Shown here: positions 1 through 16,770 of the stretch, piece after piece
How positions within the stretch are numbered: the stretch's first letter is position 1
Layout: every line of letters starts with the position of its first letter
Origin: Eledone cirrhosa
Taxonomy: Eukaryota
Direction of reading: 5' to 3'
Assembly: GCA_964016885.1 (NCBI GenBank)
Contig: OZ024743.1
Location: 38,502,001 to 38,566,000 of the forward strand
DNA length: 64,000 bases
The notes under the pieces: model-generated
Databases searched by the model: none
Told to the model about the DNA's origin: nothing
What the model saw: only the letters and a program-made list of their open reading frames with translations
Translations under genes and position numbers: made by a program

Positions 1-2306
1 TAAACATAATGATATTTGACATAGATAATGAACCGTTTCATGTAAGAGTACGGGAAATATTGGTTATACCGTTGCTCTGCCGATCAAAATGTACGAGGTT
101 AGATTCCTTGCCCCTGTAGCGTGTTATGTTTTTCAAAAAACAAAACGATTCATGTCATGTTGCCTCAATCCATTCTGTTGAACATCTGTTTCACCAGAAG
201 TAGTAGTTAGCGTTGGCATTGCCGCCGACCGACAAACTCATGTATTTTTAATCAAGTAGCACACATGGAATCGGGCTTCCAACCCAGCAAGTATAATAAC
301 ATTAACTCATTAATTCCTCTACGAGTAATATCACAAGTGAAAAAGAGATTGAAAACACTATAATTGTAATTCACACTGCTGTACAAGGGCTCGCAAATTA
401 TGCTTCTTTAAAATGTTAATTCATCTAATACATATTCGTTTAGTGATATTTTAAAATATTTGCTAATACATGACAATGAAATCCACATTAAATTCCATAG
501 CCTTTACTGATTTGTTTCAATTTAGACTTAATTCATAGAATTAAAAGCATCTTACTTTTTTTATTTTGCTTTACAAGTGTATTTAGATTGCTGTGACAAT
601 TACCTGTCTTTAACCTGTCGTTTAATATAAATTAATGTTGATTCGGTAAATCATTAACGTTTAAGTATAATAAATTAATATTGCTTTATCACCGAATACA
701 TAACTTGCCTTCTTTTCATTAGATTGACTTCTCTTCATTTTTATTCGACACCCCTTTTCCTGCAATAAAGGCTAGAAATACTAACCAAATATTGCCTTCC
801 CACTGATTATGATATTATAGGTGCGCTACAAATATATGACTGAGTGAGTATTGTGAGATTTATAATTAAACACATATAGAAAGCAAAGGTGCTACATAAT
901 ATATATATATATATGGGATAACAACTTATTATTTTAGGTAAGCCAGTTAGAGGTTGTGAGTACTCTGTACTATGGATAGTTTTAACTTACGGCGTTGTTT
1001 AACTCAACAAGAGATTTTCTTAGTAAGGTAGCGAGTATCCGAGAATTCCTATGCAAGTCATTCTTGGAATATTAGTAGTGAAAAAGTGAAGAATAACATG
1101 GTATAACATGAGTATTCCGATGATTTGATTTGAGGCACACACTGTATTTAAGGTCGAGTGACGCAATTTCGAGTGATCAGCGGCCTTTAGACTCATCTAA
1201 TCAATATAATTGATCACGAGAAAATGTAGTAGCGAAATGAATTTCTTAACCACACAACCATGACTGTATTTTTGAAAGACATATTTTTTGTTAGGTTCGA
1301 CATATACATTTATATCTGATTGAACGTCTAAATATTATTAAATAGTACAGGGATTTGTTGAATGATAAATGGATGAATTAATTTCGTTAATATAAACTTT
1401 GTAGATTTACTATTATTATTAGTCACTATCCAGTCACTATAGTAGAATGCAAATTACTCAAAGTTCTACATTCACTGGCAGGAATTTATTATATAAATGT
1501 ACCTCGTCAGTGTACATCATTACCTAAACGTTGTGGTTGACAGTGTATAAAATGCATATATGAGATGAAGTGAATTGTTATATGAGGTAGTCAGGCAGAA
1601 AGCAATTTTTCATTTTGAATATCTGGAGGAGCAAGTCTACTTAATATAATGCAACAGAATGTATTTCGGCATCATGTCAGCTGGTACTTGCTCTTGCCAG
1701 GTATGCTGGTTAAGGAGCAAAATAAGCATTTATTGAAAGCTTCGTTGTATATTCATTGCATGAACGAATAATCCTAAACATTCCAATACCGAAAATGGCA
1801 CTAGTGATTGGAAATAATTGAAGGGAATAGCTCATGTCCAGGAAATGCCAAATTTTCTGGTTTGTGAATGGTTTGTGATTGTGTGGAATAGAATATGCAG
1901 GTAAAGATCAATATACCAATGCGGATGCTGAATCTAGAATGCAGCAGAAATAACTCGATCACTAATGAAGACTGACAGAGCCATCTGTTGTTGAGTTATC
2001 AAATGATCGAAGTAAAAACATTTCCAAATTCTCTCTTAAATTTATTGTCAAATATAATAAAATATTACCTGTTATCAAAAGTCATAGACATTAAACAATT
2101 CCACTTCCACTTTAAACTTGTTTTTCAGTTATAAATGATATTATCAACCATGTAATAATCCCTAAATTACTACTGGAGTCGCATGGGTGCCATCATAGCA
2201 TAACATTAAGCATTATGAATTTAACACAGTCCATCATTTCACATTTCTGAATACAGCCACCTGTCATGTGGGTCAAAGGGAGAGAGATAGAGAGAGAGGG
2301 AGAGAA

Positions 2307-2412
<106 letters not shown>

Positions 2413-2439
2413 ACGAAAAGAGAGAAAGAGTAGCGGGGT

Positions 2440-3400
2440 ATAAACAACACCAGCACTGGAAATTATTTGTCGATGGCCACAATGGTCGATATATATATAG
2501 AACACGAAAAGGCATTTGACCGTCTCTCACGGGACATATTGTAAAACTGTGTACAGAAATCATTGATTCATGGACAGCTTCTTGTTGACCTGATGTCCCT
2601 ATATGATTACGTTATTATTTGTGTTCGGATAAGTCGAAGCCATTCAATAAGGGTGGCTGACAACGGAAAGAGTGTGTATTATCAGATATTCCTGTTCACA
2701 ATCTTCATGAACAGGCTGGAAATGACAGCCAGGTTAGAAGTTGTATTGAGACTGGTGGGGTAGGATCGGTAGGTTGGAATTTGCAGGCGACATGGTTTTA
2801 CTTAACTTGTCAGAAGGTGATCACATGCATGATTTGACAGGATCGCTATCGAATACTGCACGCCATTGAATCGGGTGGAAAAGTTCAAATGTCTTGGGGA
2901 CGTGTTAATAAATGAAGGAATGCAAGAGACTGAATTAAGTGCAAGAATTGCAGAAGCTGGTGCAGTAATGCGATAGCTTCAGCATTCGGTCATCCCAAGA
3001 AGGAGGGTATGAGTAAAAGCCATTCTCATCATATTCATTCGGTAATCGTACCAACTATTGACGTGAAACCGTAATGCGGTTCCTCTGAAAAGGTTTAGAA
3101 GTAACGTTATTGGATAGAGTGCATAGATCGTAGATCAGGAGTTGCTCCAGTTAGATATGCTACTTCTACTAATTGAGAGATCACAGTTACAATATTACGG
3201 ATATGTGGTAAAAAATGTTTCATGAAAAATCACTGGCCAGATTCTACAGCCAAAACTAACTGCCAGAGTTTGCTGGGATAGATACCGACCAAGATGGTTG
3301 GGTAACATCCATGAGTTTGACTGATCTCGTTTAGGGATCCAGCCGGATCTATTAGAGACGGTTGCATTTGGCATGATCAAGTGTGTCTGGAACAAAGAGC
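2440..3400 (+). mobile_element. Degenerate RTE-clade LINE, RT and C-terminal region
   Basis: Broken frames give EKAFDRLSR (~2507), LEFAGDMVL (YADD-like, ~2775), VEKFKCLG..INEG, RIAEAGAVMR, LQYYGYV and RPRW, with many stops and frameshifts. Confidence 0.7.
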
Positions 3401-4052
3401 AGAGAGTCGGAACAAATACTGCAAAGCTTTTTATTAGACATTTTAGTAGCTCTGCCAATTCACCGCCCTCAGGAATATTTAAATATATACAAATTTGTGT
3501 TAATGACGTTAGAACATATCTTCCGGATACAGCCATTGTCTTGTCGGCGAAGATTTTGGGGGGGGGGGCAGTATAGTAATTTATCAACGTATATATATCG
3601 AGAAGCGGAAAATGTGCCTTGCTCCATGTAACTGATTGAATTAAACATGTTAATTTAACGCATAAGGTTATGAATTTCGTTGTATATAATACAGTGTGTA
3701 CCAAGTGATACAATGAGTAAAAGATGTTATATATAAAATGGGGAGTATATGTTTGAAATAAATAAGGAGAATGTCGAGCAGAACCTATTGCGTAATGTGG
3801 TTTTACTTGATGTATATTATAATAGTTTTAGTATATACAAACTACTTAATATGACAGCTGAAGCTTGAGAACTTTTGCATTCCCCATTTGTTGGCTGTTG
3901 CGAATCATGGTTTGTTTAAGAAATCTGGATTACTGGTTGAGAGTTGGTTTAGCAGGGATAAAGTGGACATGCCCAGGGGTTAATGCAATCAACCATTATA
4001 TTTACCCACAAACGCACGCACGCAGACTCTATCTTGCACTCATACACATACA

Positions 4053-4087
<35 letters not shown>

Positions 4088-4186
4088 ATATTTTAATAAA
4101 TATTTGCTCTACGGTTCTTATATATTTGATATATATTTATCCTTATCGAGCCCTCTTTGGATTTTAGACTTCAAATTTATTATTAT

Positions 4187-4226
<40 letters not shown>

Positions 4227-4394
4227 CCTCCATAGAAACATTGAGACAATCATCTGTGAAACGTTCCTAAGATGTCGATAATCAGAAAAATATGTCAACG
4301 AAAATTCATGTATTTTCTTAATATATATATTCTGTCATCTAGTGCTCCTTTTGATACCACAACCAGTAAACTACTGAAACACCTACACACACAC

Positions 4395-4456
<62 letters not shown>

Positions 4457-4783
4457 AAATGTATATAAATGGGGGTCAAGTGGGTGCCTTGAATATAATT
4501 TACACTCGTTCTACAAATACTTAGATTATATCCTGCTTTCTGTATTCTCGTTGTTCAAATGTTATCTATTGAAAATCGCGCATCCTGTCAAAGGAGTAAG
4601 AAGCGTATATTAACTGAAAATGTTCAACCGCAAAAAAACCCCAAAAACTCTATATGCAAAACTTGAAAATAGAGAAGTTCAGACGTAAATGAGACTAAGA
4701 TGAAGTACATTTATTGTCTGACAACTATCTGTTTATATGATTATGTGTTTTCATCTAGAACGACTATGTCTATGTGTCATGTT

Positions 4784-4862
<79 letters not shown>

Positions 4863-5679
4863 TAATATATATATATATATATACATACATAAATATATAT
4901 GAATTAATATATATATATATATATATATAAATTAATATATATATATACATGCATATATATCTATATAAATATATGTACATATATATATATATATGTGTGT
5001 TTGTATATATATATATACATATTTATTGTATATATATTTATTATATACACACATATATATATACTGTTTATTCTACTTATATACATATAGATATATCTCT
5101 TATAACTGTGAGTAGATGCTTCTTGGCTCCAATTTATCGTTAATGTAACACTAATATTAATGCATCTACCTACTATTCGTTGCGAAGATGAAACGATTTT
5201 GAGATATATTCTTTTATTTCTTTTGTAAATTTTCTCTTATATTTTTTCCTTCCTGTATCGTGTTTCTAAACAGCACAGCCATCGACCTACATCGAATATA
5301 GTGTACTTGGTTATTAAGTATAATATTTGCTCCTTCACCTAAGGCTGCAACCTGACAAATGTAGTAATTGAAACACTGGTAATGGAAATCCATTTATTTT
5401 TATTTTACGTATCGTTTGCAGCGCAGTTTCTCTATAACTGCCACACACATTATTTTTATGTTTTTTTCTATCTTACATAATATTCAATAATGAAGAGTAA
5501 TTTTCTTTCGACAGAGCGCTGCATATTACAGCATGAAAATAGCATGACAGATTCTTTCATAGTTGCTCAAATCTCAGAATGAAGCAGCCAGGTTTCAATC
5601 GTAACAAACGCTCCTTGTGTTGATAATAAAGACAACTTGGAAATTCCGTTTTGGGCTGAAATATGTCTCGATAATATAA

Positions 5680-5850
5680 GGTCCTTGCATTCATCCTTGG
5701 AACATCTTTGGCTAAATATCTGCTAACTGTATGCAGAAACACTTAGTCTGACAACAACGAACGTTCAAATCCACATGTCAGATATAATAACTTAGGTGAA
5801 AACCGCTTGGCATAAAACATTGGAACACATTTGAAAAGGTATTCTCGATT
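5680..5850 (-). mobile_element. Possible hAT transposase C-terminal (dimerisation) remnant
   Basis: Minus strand reads ...CGFERSLL...KDVPR across frameshifts, loosely resembling the TYLCExGFS...PR motif; very decayed. Confidence 0.3.
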
Positions 5851-5873
5851 GAAAGTTAGAAACATAAAGAATA

Positions 5874-5936
5874 ACCAGTGCGTTACTGGTACTTTATATT
5901 ATCGACCCCGTAAGGATGAAAGGCAAATTAACCTTA
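5874..5936 (-). mobile_element. SINE fragment (central domain)
   Basis: ccagtgcgttactggtactttatattatcgaccccgtaaggatgaaaggc matches the SINE at 21569-21759. Confidence 0.7.
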
Positions 5937-6525
5937 GTGGGATAATGATAAATCTTTACTTAGAAAAAAATGTTTGCCTGATTTATATGTATTTCTCAAA
6001 GAACGTAATGACCGAACACTTGTGATAAATATTCCGGCAGAAATCAAACATGGATTGATATTTTCGGGAAAGTAAATTGTGTTGGTTGAGACGAATGTGG
6101 CTGTTTTGCTGCCCATGTTTATATTTAAGGTAATATTTTTCAGAAGATAATTTCAGTGGCTTAAATTAGTCTGTGAGTTTGGCGGAGTGAGTGTCAATTA
6201 GTTATCCTGATGATGATGATGATGATGTCCAGTTTCATTGAAAGATGAATATTAAAACGATGTTGATGATGATTATCATGATTATTATGTTGATGTTAAT
6301 GGTGTTTTAGTGTGATGATGATACTGTCGATTGTGCTGGTAAAATTGGTTATGTTTCTACTGTGTTTGATGATAGTGCTAATGTGATGGCAATCAGACTG
6401 ATTGTGTTCTGTGGGTAGTGAGGTTGACATTGATGATGTTGGTGAAGATGGCGTTTATAATACTTATGATCGTGTTTGTAGTGGCGATAACAGTGATGTC
6501 TTCATATTTATTTATATAAGCGTTA

Positions 6526-7000
6526 ATTTTTTTTTTTTTATAAACTGAAATAGGTTTATTTACAATAGTTTATAACTATGCTTATTAATTCGTGTGGTGG
6601 GCAAATGGGATCATACGTGCTGGCATCCCCACAGCCCAGGCGAACAGAATGGAGAGGGCGTTTCCCCGGAGGATGGTAAGGGAGATGCGCTGGAGGACCC
6701 ATTCCAACTGACAGGGTTACACCTGCGGTTGGCCAGCTCAGGGCCTTTGGTGGTGAATAGGGAGGTAGCCCTAGGCCCAAGAACGCCATCATTCACCAAT
6801 ACGGAGGGCACGACCGCGAACCTGTCGGAGAGCGACCGGTACTTGGAGAGCTTGGCCTCCTTAGCCCGACGTGCAGCAGTACCTGGGTTAGTCGCAGACT
6901 GCACCAGGCTGCGGCTGGAGAAAGTTTCGCTGCAAGTGGCATCCCAGACGAGGGGTTTTCCACCGCGGAACGGGAAGATGGTCATACCGTCTGACCTTTT
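6526..7000 (-). mobile_element. 5'-truncated CRE-clade non-LTR retrotransposon (REL endonuclease plus 3' end)
   Basis: KRSDGMTIFPFRGGKPLVWDATC...GTAARRAKEAKLSKY is a PD-(D/E)xK REL motif typical of CRE; AATAAA and a poly(A) tail at 6527-6539; GCGTTA duplicated at 6520-6525 and 7001-7006. Confidence 0.8.
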
Positions 7001-7810
7001 GCGTTACAATTGCCAACAGGTTAATTTCTAGGACTTACTTGAAATAGAATCAAAATTTTATATGAAGTCGTCTTCGATATATAACAAAGATCGTTCAATC
7101 ATAACTGCAATACTTCTTATTTGTAGGTCTGATTGACTAGGGATGGGTTGGAGCAAAGCAACCTCAGGCAAACCCGCTACATATGAGCGAATTGAATTGT
7201 TTGTAAGACAGATTATGTTACATTCATATTATTCTCAGTGGAATTAAAGAGGGAGTGATGTGGTCTGATATACAATTTTCAGAAGGAAATTCAGGTAGAT
7301 ATCCGGTGAATCAAAATAAGCTTACTGCACAAACTACCTCGGAAACAACAAACGCAATGCTGCATAACGATAACAATGAAAGCAGAAGCAAATAAAATGC
7401 AACAACAGCTACAACAACGACGAGAGAACCGGTAACCAGAGCTACAAATCCATCAGCACTAATAACAACGACAGCAGCAACAACCCCCACAACAACACCA
7501 ACATCGACAATAAATGATATCAATGTGATAAGAAATGCAGAAGGAGTGCAATGTGGTAAATCACGAAGAGTTAAAAATATACGGAATAGAAAAAAGAAAA
7601 AAAAAGAAAAGGAATGATGCCTTGGAAAGAGAAGGCGGAGAAAAACCGGAGAAAGCAGTAGAAAGCCCGCCAAAGTTCAGGAAGTAGAAGCGAAGGAAAT
7701 AGAAATAATTTCAATAATGATATTGAAACATAACAAATTAAAACATCAATGAAAACATCAACATTACCATTAACAGTAGTATTACTAGAACACGTAATAG
7801 TAGCAGACAC

Positions 7811-8000
<190 letters not shown>

Positions 8001-8279
8001 ATAATATTACTAGAGGAGGCTGTTTGACTAACTGTTGGACAATAAAACAATATGCCGCTCTATTCTTCTCTAAGTTCACCAATTACCAGCCATTGAAAAA
8101 TACTCTTTTCATTTCAACATTCCCCCTACAGATATTTCCATTAAGTTATTCTTGTAATTTTTCTTTTTTCTTCCTTGTTTTGTTTGTTTCATATGTTGCA
8201 CTTGTTGTTACAGTTATTTATTTTTTGTCAAAGTATTCGTATTCAGCCTTTGCTTATGTTCATTTATTTATTATATATG

Positions 8280-9025
<746 letters not shown>

Positions 9026-9299
9026 ATTTTATTCATTAAACTTTTATTGCAGAATACATATGAATTTTTTGCCTGTTAGTTTTTTTTTCATGCTTCTTAC
9101 TCCTTTGTATTTGTTTATTGTATTTTTGTTAATGTCACTTCTATTGTTGTTTGCGTTGCATGTTTCTTGTTTCATATTTGTTATTACAGTGTATGTTAAG
9201 TGTAGTTTTGAAGTTAGGCTGTGATTCTTTTTTCCTTTAAGTTTCTGTTTCCTGTTTGAACATTTGTGTATAGTTCAGTGCAATATCATCAGGGTTATT

Positions 9300-9386
9300 A
9301 GTGGATTGGCAGTATCGTTAGAGGGTCGGACGATATGCTTTGCAGCATAGTTACGCCCCTTTACGGACTGAGTTCAAATCCAGCCT
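9300..9386 (+). mobile_element. tRNA-derived SINE, 5' part
   Basis: Box A-like TGGCAGTATCG and box B GAGTTCAAATCC. Confidence 0.75.
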
Positions 9387-11498
9387 ATATATACATATAC
9401 ATATAATCTTTTGTGCTGATTCATTATCTTGCTATTTTTTATTTTCTTCCCAATTTCATGTGAGAAGGATATGTCTAGTTTTTCTTTGATGACATTATAA
9501 TAACAGTATTCTTCATAATGAATAACACAGAAGGTTATCTAAGAGAGATTATTGTCATGTTGAAAATTCTGTTATATTTTTTGCATTTTTCTTAAATACA
9601 TATAAAACTTATTAGCTAAGAGTACATGTAATATATACAGTGTATTTAATAGTAGTTTGTCATGTAATTCATTGTGACACAAATTCCTTGTTCATGTTCG
9701 TTCAATTGAAGTTTTTTTCTACTTAACCTCATTGTATTAGTGTTTGCATCCAGAAGGCATTTCCTCTCAATCCTTACTATATGATATGCCGTTTTATAGG
9801 AATGTAACTGCCGATTTTGAACTTAATACTAGGAAACTTGGTCATAGTTGACGTTTCTGAATACATTTCATACTAAACCAGCTGAAGCCGGCTCTTCCCA
9901 TACAAATATATATATATATTTAACGCAAAATATTTTTATTCATCTAAAATTGCTCATCATAATCTTATGTTTAAACATTGTTAAATTATATCTCAAACCT
10001 CATTGAAAATTAGGTGAGAAGAACAGGTGAATATATCGATTTCAGAAATTAATTATTACTTAATTTCGCTACCAAACACCAGAAGGAGGAAAGGAAAAGT
10101 TGAGTTCGGCAGGATTTCAAATCTAAACGTAGAAAGTTTATTTTTTATTTATTTTATTTTTTAAATATTATGATAAAATGAGTAACAGAGTATATTAACG
10201 GTTTATTCCATCTAAAGAATTTCTGTCGCTGAAAAGCTCTGCCCTGATTGTTAAAGATGTATTCTATACCATCATTACATCTGCTGCGAAACAGCTACAT
10301 AATCAACATCACCAATGTTGTAATGCTCCACGGAATAATGATGTACAGAATAACCATTTCAAATCTATTACTGTTTAGAACACATCTTTGTGTGAACATT
10401 ATGTCAATTGGGTTTAGGTTAGTGGCCAGGACCTTTCTTATATATATGCAATTCAAAGCTATTTCTCCAGCTGCCATAAATATTAACTTCTGTCAGGGCA
10501 ATACCTTATCAAGAATACCCTCTTTCAGTCAATTGCTCTCCCTCTCTCTGTTTCACATATATATACGATATCTTGTGTTAGTTTTGTTAATTCACATTCA
10601 CACTTTCAACCTAAACTTTCCAATGCGAAGTGAGAAATCAAAAGTTCTGTAAAAAAACACATAATCACTTACAAAAATGTCCATAAACGATTACATGTCA
10701 CTTCGATATTATTTCTATTTATTTCGCATATCCTGCTATCTTTAAAACACCATTAATTTTTTTGTTTAATCACAGATGTATTATCTCATTTAATAAATTT
10801 CAGTTCCATTACACATTCCTATACTGTACATTTTGCAAAATATTATAAAATAACATTGATGTGTTGCTTTCTGAAAATGTTCCCGCCTGATATTTTAAAC
10901 AACATATCCAAATGAAATATTTTCTGCGATATGATATCGAAAGAAGTGGCTATTCATTCTCAACAGTACTAACACATAAATTCTTATAATAACCAATTAT
11001 ACACATGAAAAATTTAATTAAAAGCTTTGTAATTATATGCATAATTATTACTTCATATGGAAATCCCAATATTTATCACTTCCTTCCAAATAAACTATGT
11101 TCTCCTTGCCTAATATCTGCATGATATCTATCTCTGAATGTACCAATATTGACTGTTCTCAACTTACAATATACACAGCAGAATATGATAGAGAATTGTT
11201 GACTCATGACTTCCGAATCAGATAAATGCTTTATAACATTGATATACTGAATATTTCTCTGCGTTAACAAAATTTGCTTACCAGATAATACAGGAACCTT
11301 TTACTAAATATATCTGCATATTTACGTAATATTTATGTTTCTGTAGAGATCGCTTTTGTTATGCATTAAATTAGACTTTTTGTTTCTCCAGATAAACATA
11401 ATAGTTTTTAATTAATACTTTTACTCTCTATCAGATTTACATAACATTAATCGAAATAACGCATGCATGTTATAGATTATTAAATTATTTTAGTTTAC

Positions 11499-11710
11499 TT
11501 GAAACAAAAACTGCGCCGGTCACCTTCACGAACGCCATTCTAGAACCTCAACAGAAAATTCAGCCCTCAACATGGCGTTACTAGATTACGAAATGCGATA
11601 CACAATAAATGAAATGCAAGCAACTGTCGACATGTAATGCTCGGTTATGATGACAACAATGAAGGCGTTCCGAATTCCAAGAATCTGATCCCGTAGAATA
11701 TAGATTATTT
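11499..11710 (-). other. Candidate exon (UTR, or short start MAFVKVTGAVFVS)
   Basis: Pyrimidine tract plus TGCAG acceptor at 11711-11712 and weak A|GTAAAC donor; non-repetitive sequence. Confidence 0.25.
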
Positions 11711-12744
11711 CTGCAATAAAATATAGAGAAGAAAGAATGAGAATTTTATTTGGTACTATATCATATCTCTGAAGACAAATGAGAAAATGAAAAGAGAGAA
11801 AAAAAAAAAATAAAAACAAACAAACGCGAAGTCAACAAAACGAAAAATAACATTGAGTTGTGATAAAATTGAACTAAACCAATGGAAAATAGATTATCGA
11901 TTTTAAATTTATTCGATACACCTATCAATTCTACAAATTAAAGGTATCCAGAGGGGAAAAAATCAATGTTAACTTAAATTATCTGATCAAATTATCAAAT
12001 TACATTCAAACACGGAAAACAAATTGTATCACTAAACAAAACAAAATATGTCGAGAATAAAAGAAATATTTATCAATTAAACATTACTGTTTGTGAATGC
12101 CAGCTAGAGAATTAAGTGGTCGAACATTATATTGCCACTGGTATCCTTAACGTAATTTTAAGGAAGATTTAAGGTGATAGTGTATGCATGGGAAAATTAT
12201 AAATACATTTTTTGTTTCAGCTGGAGCAAATGTGAATAGAATACCTTAATGAAGTAAACAAAGCACAGCTGGGAGTCAAGCTGATAACCCTAAGACCATG
12301 AGACGATCACAAACCCTACTATCATGCCTCTGCACAACGCTGCTGAATGCGATAAAAAGCGCGGTATTTCCTACATCCACTTGAATTATGTTTTTGTTAG
12401 CTCGTTATTTATAATATAATACTAATTTAACCTCCTTGTAAAAGACATTATTTCTATCGTTTTCCTCACTGTTTTGCTATTTGTATTAAAATCTACATGT
12501 ATATTTAATCTGAAATGAACTAATATAATCGTTAAATGTGTAGATGAAATATATTTTATCAAATCAATTCAGCAGTTAAAATAATATGATATGTTAACGA
12601 AACAAATTTCGTTTCATTTTTATTGTCGAAGATTCAATAGGTTTAATAAACAGATAAACATGATGCATATCTTTCTAGACAAATATACCTATATACACAG
12701 GCGCACATTGTGTGTAAGTGTTCGTGTGTGCATGTATGTCGTAC

Positions 12745-12915
12745 CGATTGTTTTTCATGTAACATCGTGGGCTTAAGTGTAGGGACGAGAGTTGGCTTTA
12801 TTCGCAGTACTGTTTGGGACGTTTCTGACTTGAACACTTCATCGACATTATCATGATCATTATTATAAAAAGATGAGTTGGATGACGAACTTTCAAGAGC
12901 TACTTTCTCGGACAT
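12745..12915 (-). CDS. Possible first coding part of an unidentified gene (MSEKVALESSSSNSSFYNNDHDNVDEVFKSETSQTVLRIKPTLVPTLKPTMLHEKQS)
   Basis: ATG at 12915 open to a phase-0 donor; no homology recognised and no compatible next exon found. Confidence 0.3.
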
Positions 12916-13431
12916 CGTTTAGACTGCTTCATCCTTCGTTCTCATTCTTACTGTCATATTGTAAATAATAATTTCCATCTTCTGAATAGCTCTAACATCT
13001 CCTGCATGAATATATCCGAACTTTCTGTAATGTCTCAGGGAAGGCTTTGTCTTCAGATTCGATATCGCTTCGTTAGAGAACGCCCTGGCGAGCAATGTCT
13101 AACGTTTCTTCAAGGTCATCTTTCTAAATTTCACGTTTTTGCAATTGCGTTATCCGTCATTAAGGTTTTTCAGTCTTTTTTCAGTCCTTTGTATTCTTTA
13201 TGAACATTCTTGAATGAAGTGTGGATGATTTTGATCCGTTTTGGAAGAGATATTTGCTTTCCCCCACAATTCATGTATCATCTGGCGATTGTAGCGAAAA
13301 CACAGGAGGACTCGGAGTTCTGAGGCGAGTCAAATGGCCTTTTTGGTTTCCATTTAGTTATTCACTCTTAAAGATGAACCGCAAAATCAATCAATCAGTT
13401 TTATTTTATGGGTATTTGGGTTTTTATATTT
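12745..13431 (-). other. Candidate host exon with long 5'UTR
   Basis: Strong acceptor (long C/T tract...ttccag| at 13432) and donor TCG|GTACGA at 12744; no repeat character seen. Confidence 0.45.
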
Positions 13432-13775
13432 CTGGAATATGAAAATCAAGAAAGAAGAAAATTATAAGAAAGGATGAAAGTAGAGGAAAGCCAATATATT
13501 GAGTAACCGCTAATTTCCTGTTGGTTGAATTTGCCCGTAAAATTGCTCCAGTGATTCTTTTTTGGGGCATTCTAACTACATGTAATGGAGCTGTGATCTC
13601 TAAATTCTATTTCGTCGAAGTATTATGAAATGAATTCATGGCATCCTCAACATGGTGGAATTCCAACACAAGAATGTCCCTATATATATGATGTACCCTA
13701 ATATATATATATACATATTTACACATATATATATATCCATGTATACGAAGAAACAGTTACACACACACACACACA

Positions 13776-13900
13776 ATAGTCCAGAAATAGCCGTCGAAAC
13801 GGCTTGAGCTCTGCCGTCGGGGTCATACTTGTTCATATTACCCACTCTACTACCCTAAGTATTAAGTACTTTGGTGCGTTATGGTCCATCTGGTTCCTTA
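13776..13900 (+). repeat. Dispersed (TA)n-associated repeat carrying the 3' half of a hammerhead
   Basis: gccgtc GAAA cggc..gccg TC ggg; related copies at 17745-17800 and 39866-40040. Confidence 0.55.
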
Positions 13901-13915
13901 ATACAACTTCGTTAT

Positions 13916-13994
<79 letters not shown>

Positions 13995-14140
13995 TATACT
14001 AATATAAACATATATATATAAACCGAGTCAAAGCTAATTATACTATCCCAGCTCTGCATATTGTGCACAGAGCACTCTGATTTCTTCAATTGTTCTACAG
14101 AATCATTCAGCACCACGCACACACATACACTCAACCACCA

Positions 14141-14240
<100 letters not shown>

Positions 14241-14298
14241 AATGGACCGTTTCTCTGTTTTCGTATGTATGTGTGTTTCTATGTGTGTGTGTGTGTGC

Positions 14299-14436
<138 letters not shown>

Positions 14437-15777
14437 TATGCGTGATTTCTACATCCATTATGTACCATATTTGAATTGACTTATAGTTGTTTGTATAAGA
14501 GGAGAAAAAAAAACATGAAAATTATATCTTCATACAGAGCTAATTTTTCCGTATTGAATAGTTCACTTATCAAAGCAACATCAAAAACTATTTCGGATAA
14601 AACCCATAACCTTGGAGGTTTTAAGTTCCCGATATATTTTCTGATTTATTCTTTGGTAAATACTACAGCAATATTTGCATATAACAGTTAACTTGAAAAT
14701 ATTACCTATTTCAAATATGATAATAGCTCAAGGGAATATGTCGGATATCTACTTAAGGTATATATAGACAGAAAGGCTGGTTTAGTTTCAGACGTACATA
14801 CTGCATATACTGTATGTTGAATTAAAACATATAAATTCCGAAAAGTCACAACACACACACACTCTCTCCTGTCTCTGTCCCTCAATCTCCCCCTCTCTCT
14901 CTCTCACACACACACGAGGGTTGGCTGAAAAGTTGATAGGCTGACCATGATACTCTCTTGGAATGACCAAATGAGGTTTACTTGTAAACATAGTCCATAG
15001 AAAAAATGCGTTTATTAATAGGAGTTGAAATTAATGCATACAAGTTCTCGCTGTACAAGCATCATTCCTTCATGCTATGGTTTCTTCAGCTAGACGCATG
15101 TATATATGTATATCACCCCCACCCCCACACACACACACTCTCAAAAGCGTGAACCTAATAAATCTTTATTTGTCTGCGTCTCTGTTTTGTTCCCGTATAC
15201 ATTTGCACTATATATATATATAGTGGCTAACATCAAATGGCTAGCCCCAGCCAAATCAGCGGTGAGTAGTAGACGAAATTAGTTTCTCACTTCTTAGTAT
15301 TTCTCAGCATAACGTAATCCTACGCTTTTGCCTAAACTATGGAAGCTGCGTTCTTATACCTGTGTGTCAGAATCGAGATTCTGACACAGGATTTCTACTT
15401 CAGTTAATATGTTTCAAATCTTGCAAATTTTGATATTGGTTGTAACATACACGCATTTTTTATTTTTTTATTTCTTTGGCAGCCCCCACCACGTGAAATT
15501 ATGGCAGGATAGATGCCAACACACACACACAAATTCTTCAGAACATAGTAGCAGCACACTAAAGCTCACCTGCCAGATGACCCCTTAACACCACTACCAC
15601 TACCAACACAATGGAGGAGGTCAGGTGTACTTAAACAAAAACAACAAGAAGAGATTGTGTTGCCTCAGAAAAATTTCTATAGACTTTTGACTGAGGATTG
15701 TTCTCACAACTGACCAATGGGATGCGGGCGTGTCCTCTGATCAGAGCAAACAGCACGGACACTCTATCTCAAAATTA

Positions 15778-15815
15778 TTTTTGAAAAGCATTTAGAAATG
15801 CGCAACCGGTAAAAA
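15778..15815 (+). ncRNA. Degenerate U3-A8 hammerhead
   Basis: ttt TTGAAAA gcattt-ag-aaatgc GCAA c-cg-g TA aaa (GAAA mutated). Confidence 0.4.
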
Positions 15816-15971
15816 CTTAAAAACTTAAAACCACAACTCAATACTAACCCATACAATCACTAATACTCTTTTATTCCTAATTAAACCATTTTTCAACTGT
15901 GAACAATTTGTCAGCATTTTCTATTCCGTTTACCAATATATAATAACTTGTGTGTTACACCTCTATTCTTT

Positions 15972-16770
<799 letters not shown>

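Noticed and set aside
7300-7810. Thr/Lys-rich mucin-like reading frame on +
   Set aside because: In-frame stops, low complexity and no splice signals; probably decayed repeat or TE ORF1
12221-12363. Plus-strand exon-like segment (tttgtttcag| ... |gtattt)
   Set aside because: Weak donor, no partner exons and no coding signal
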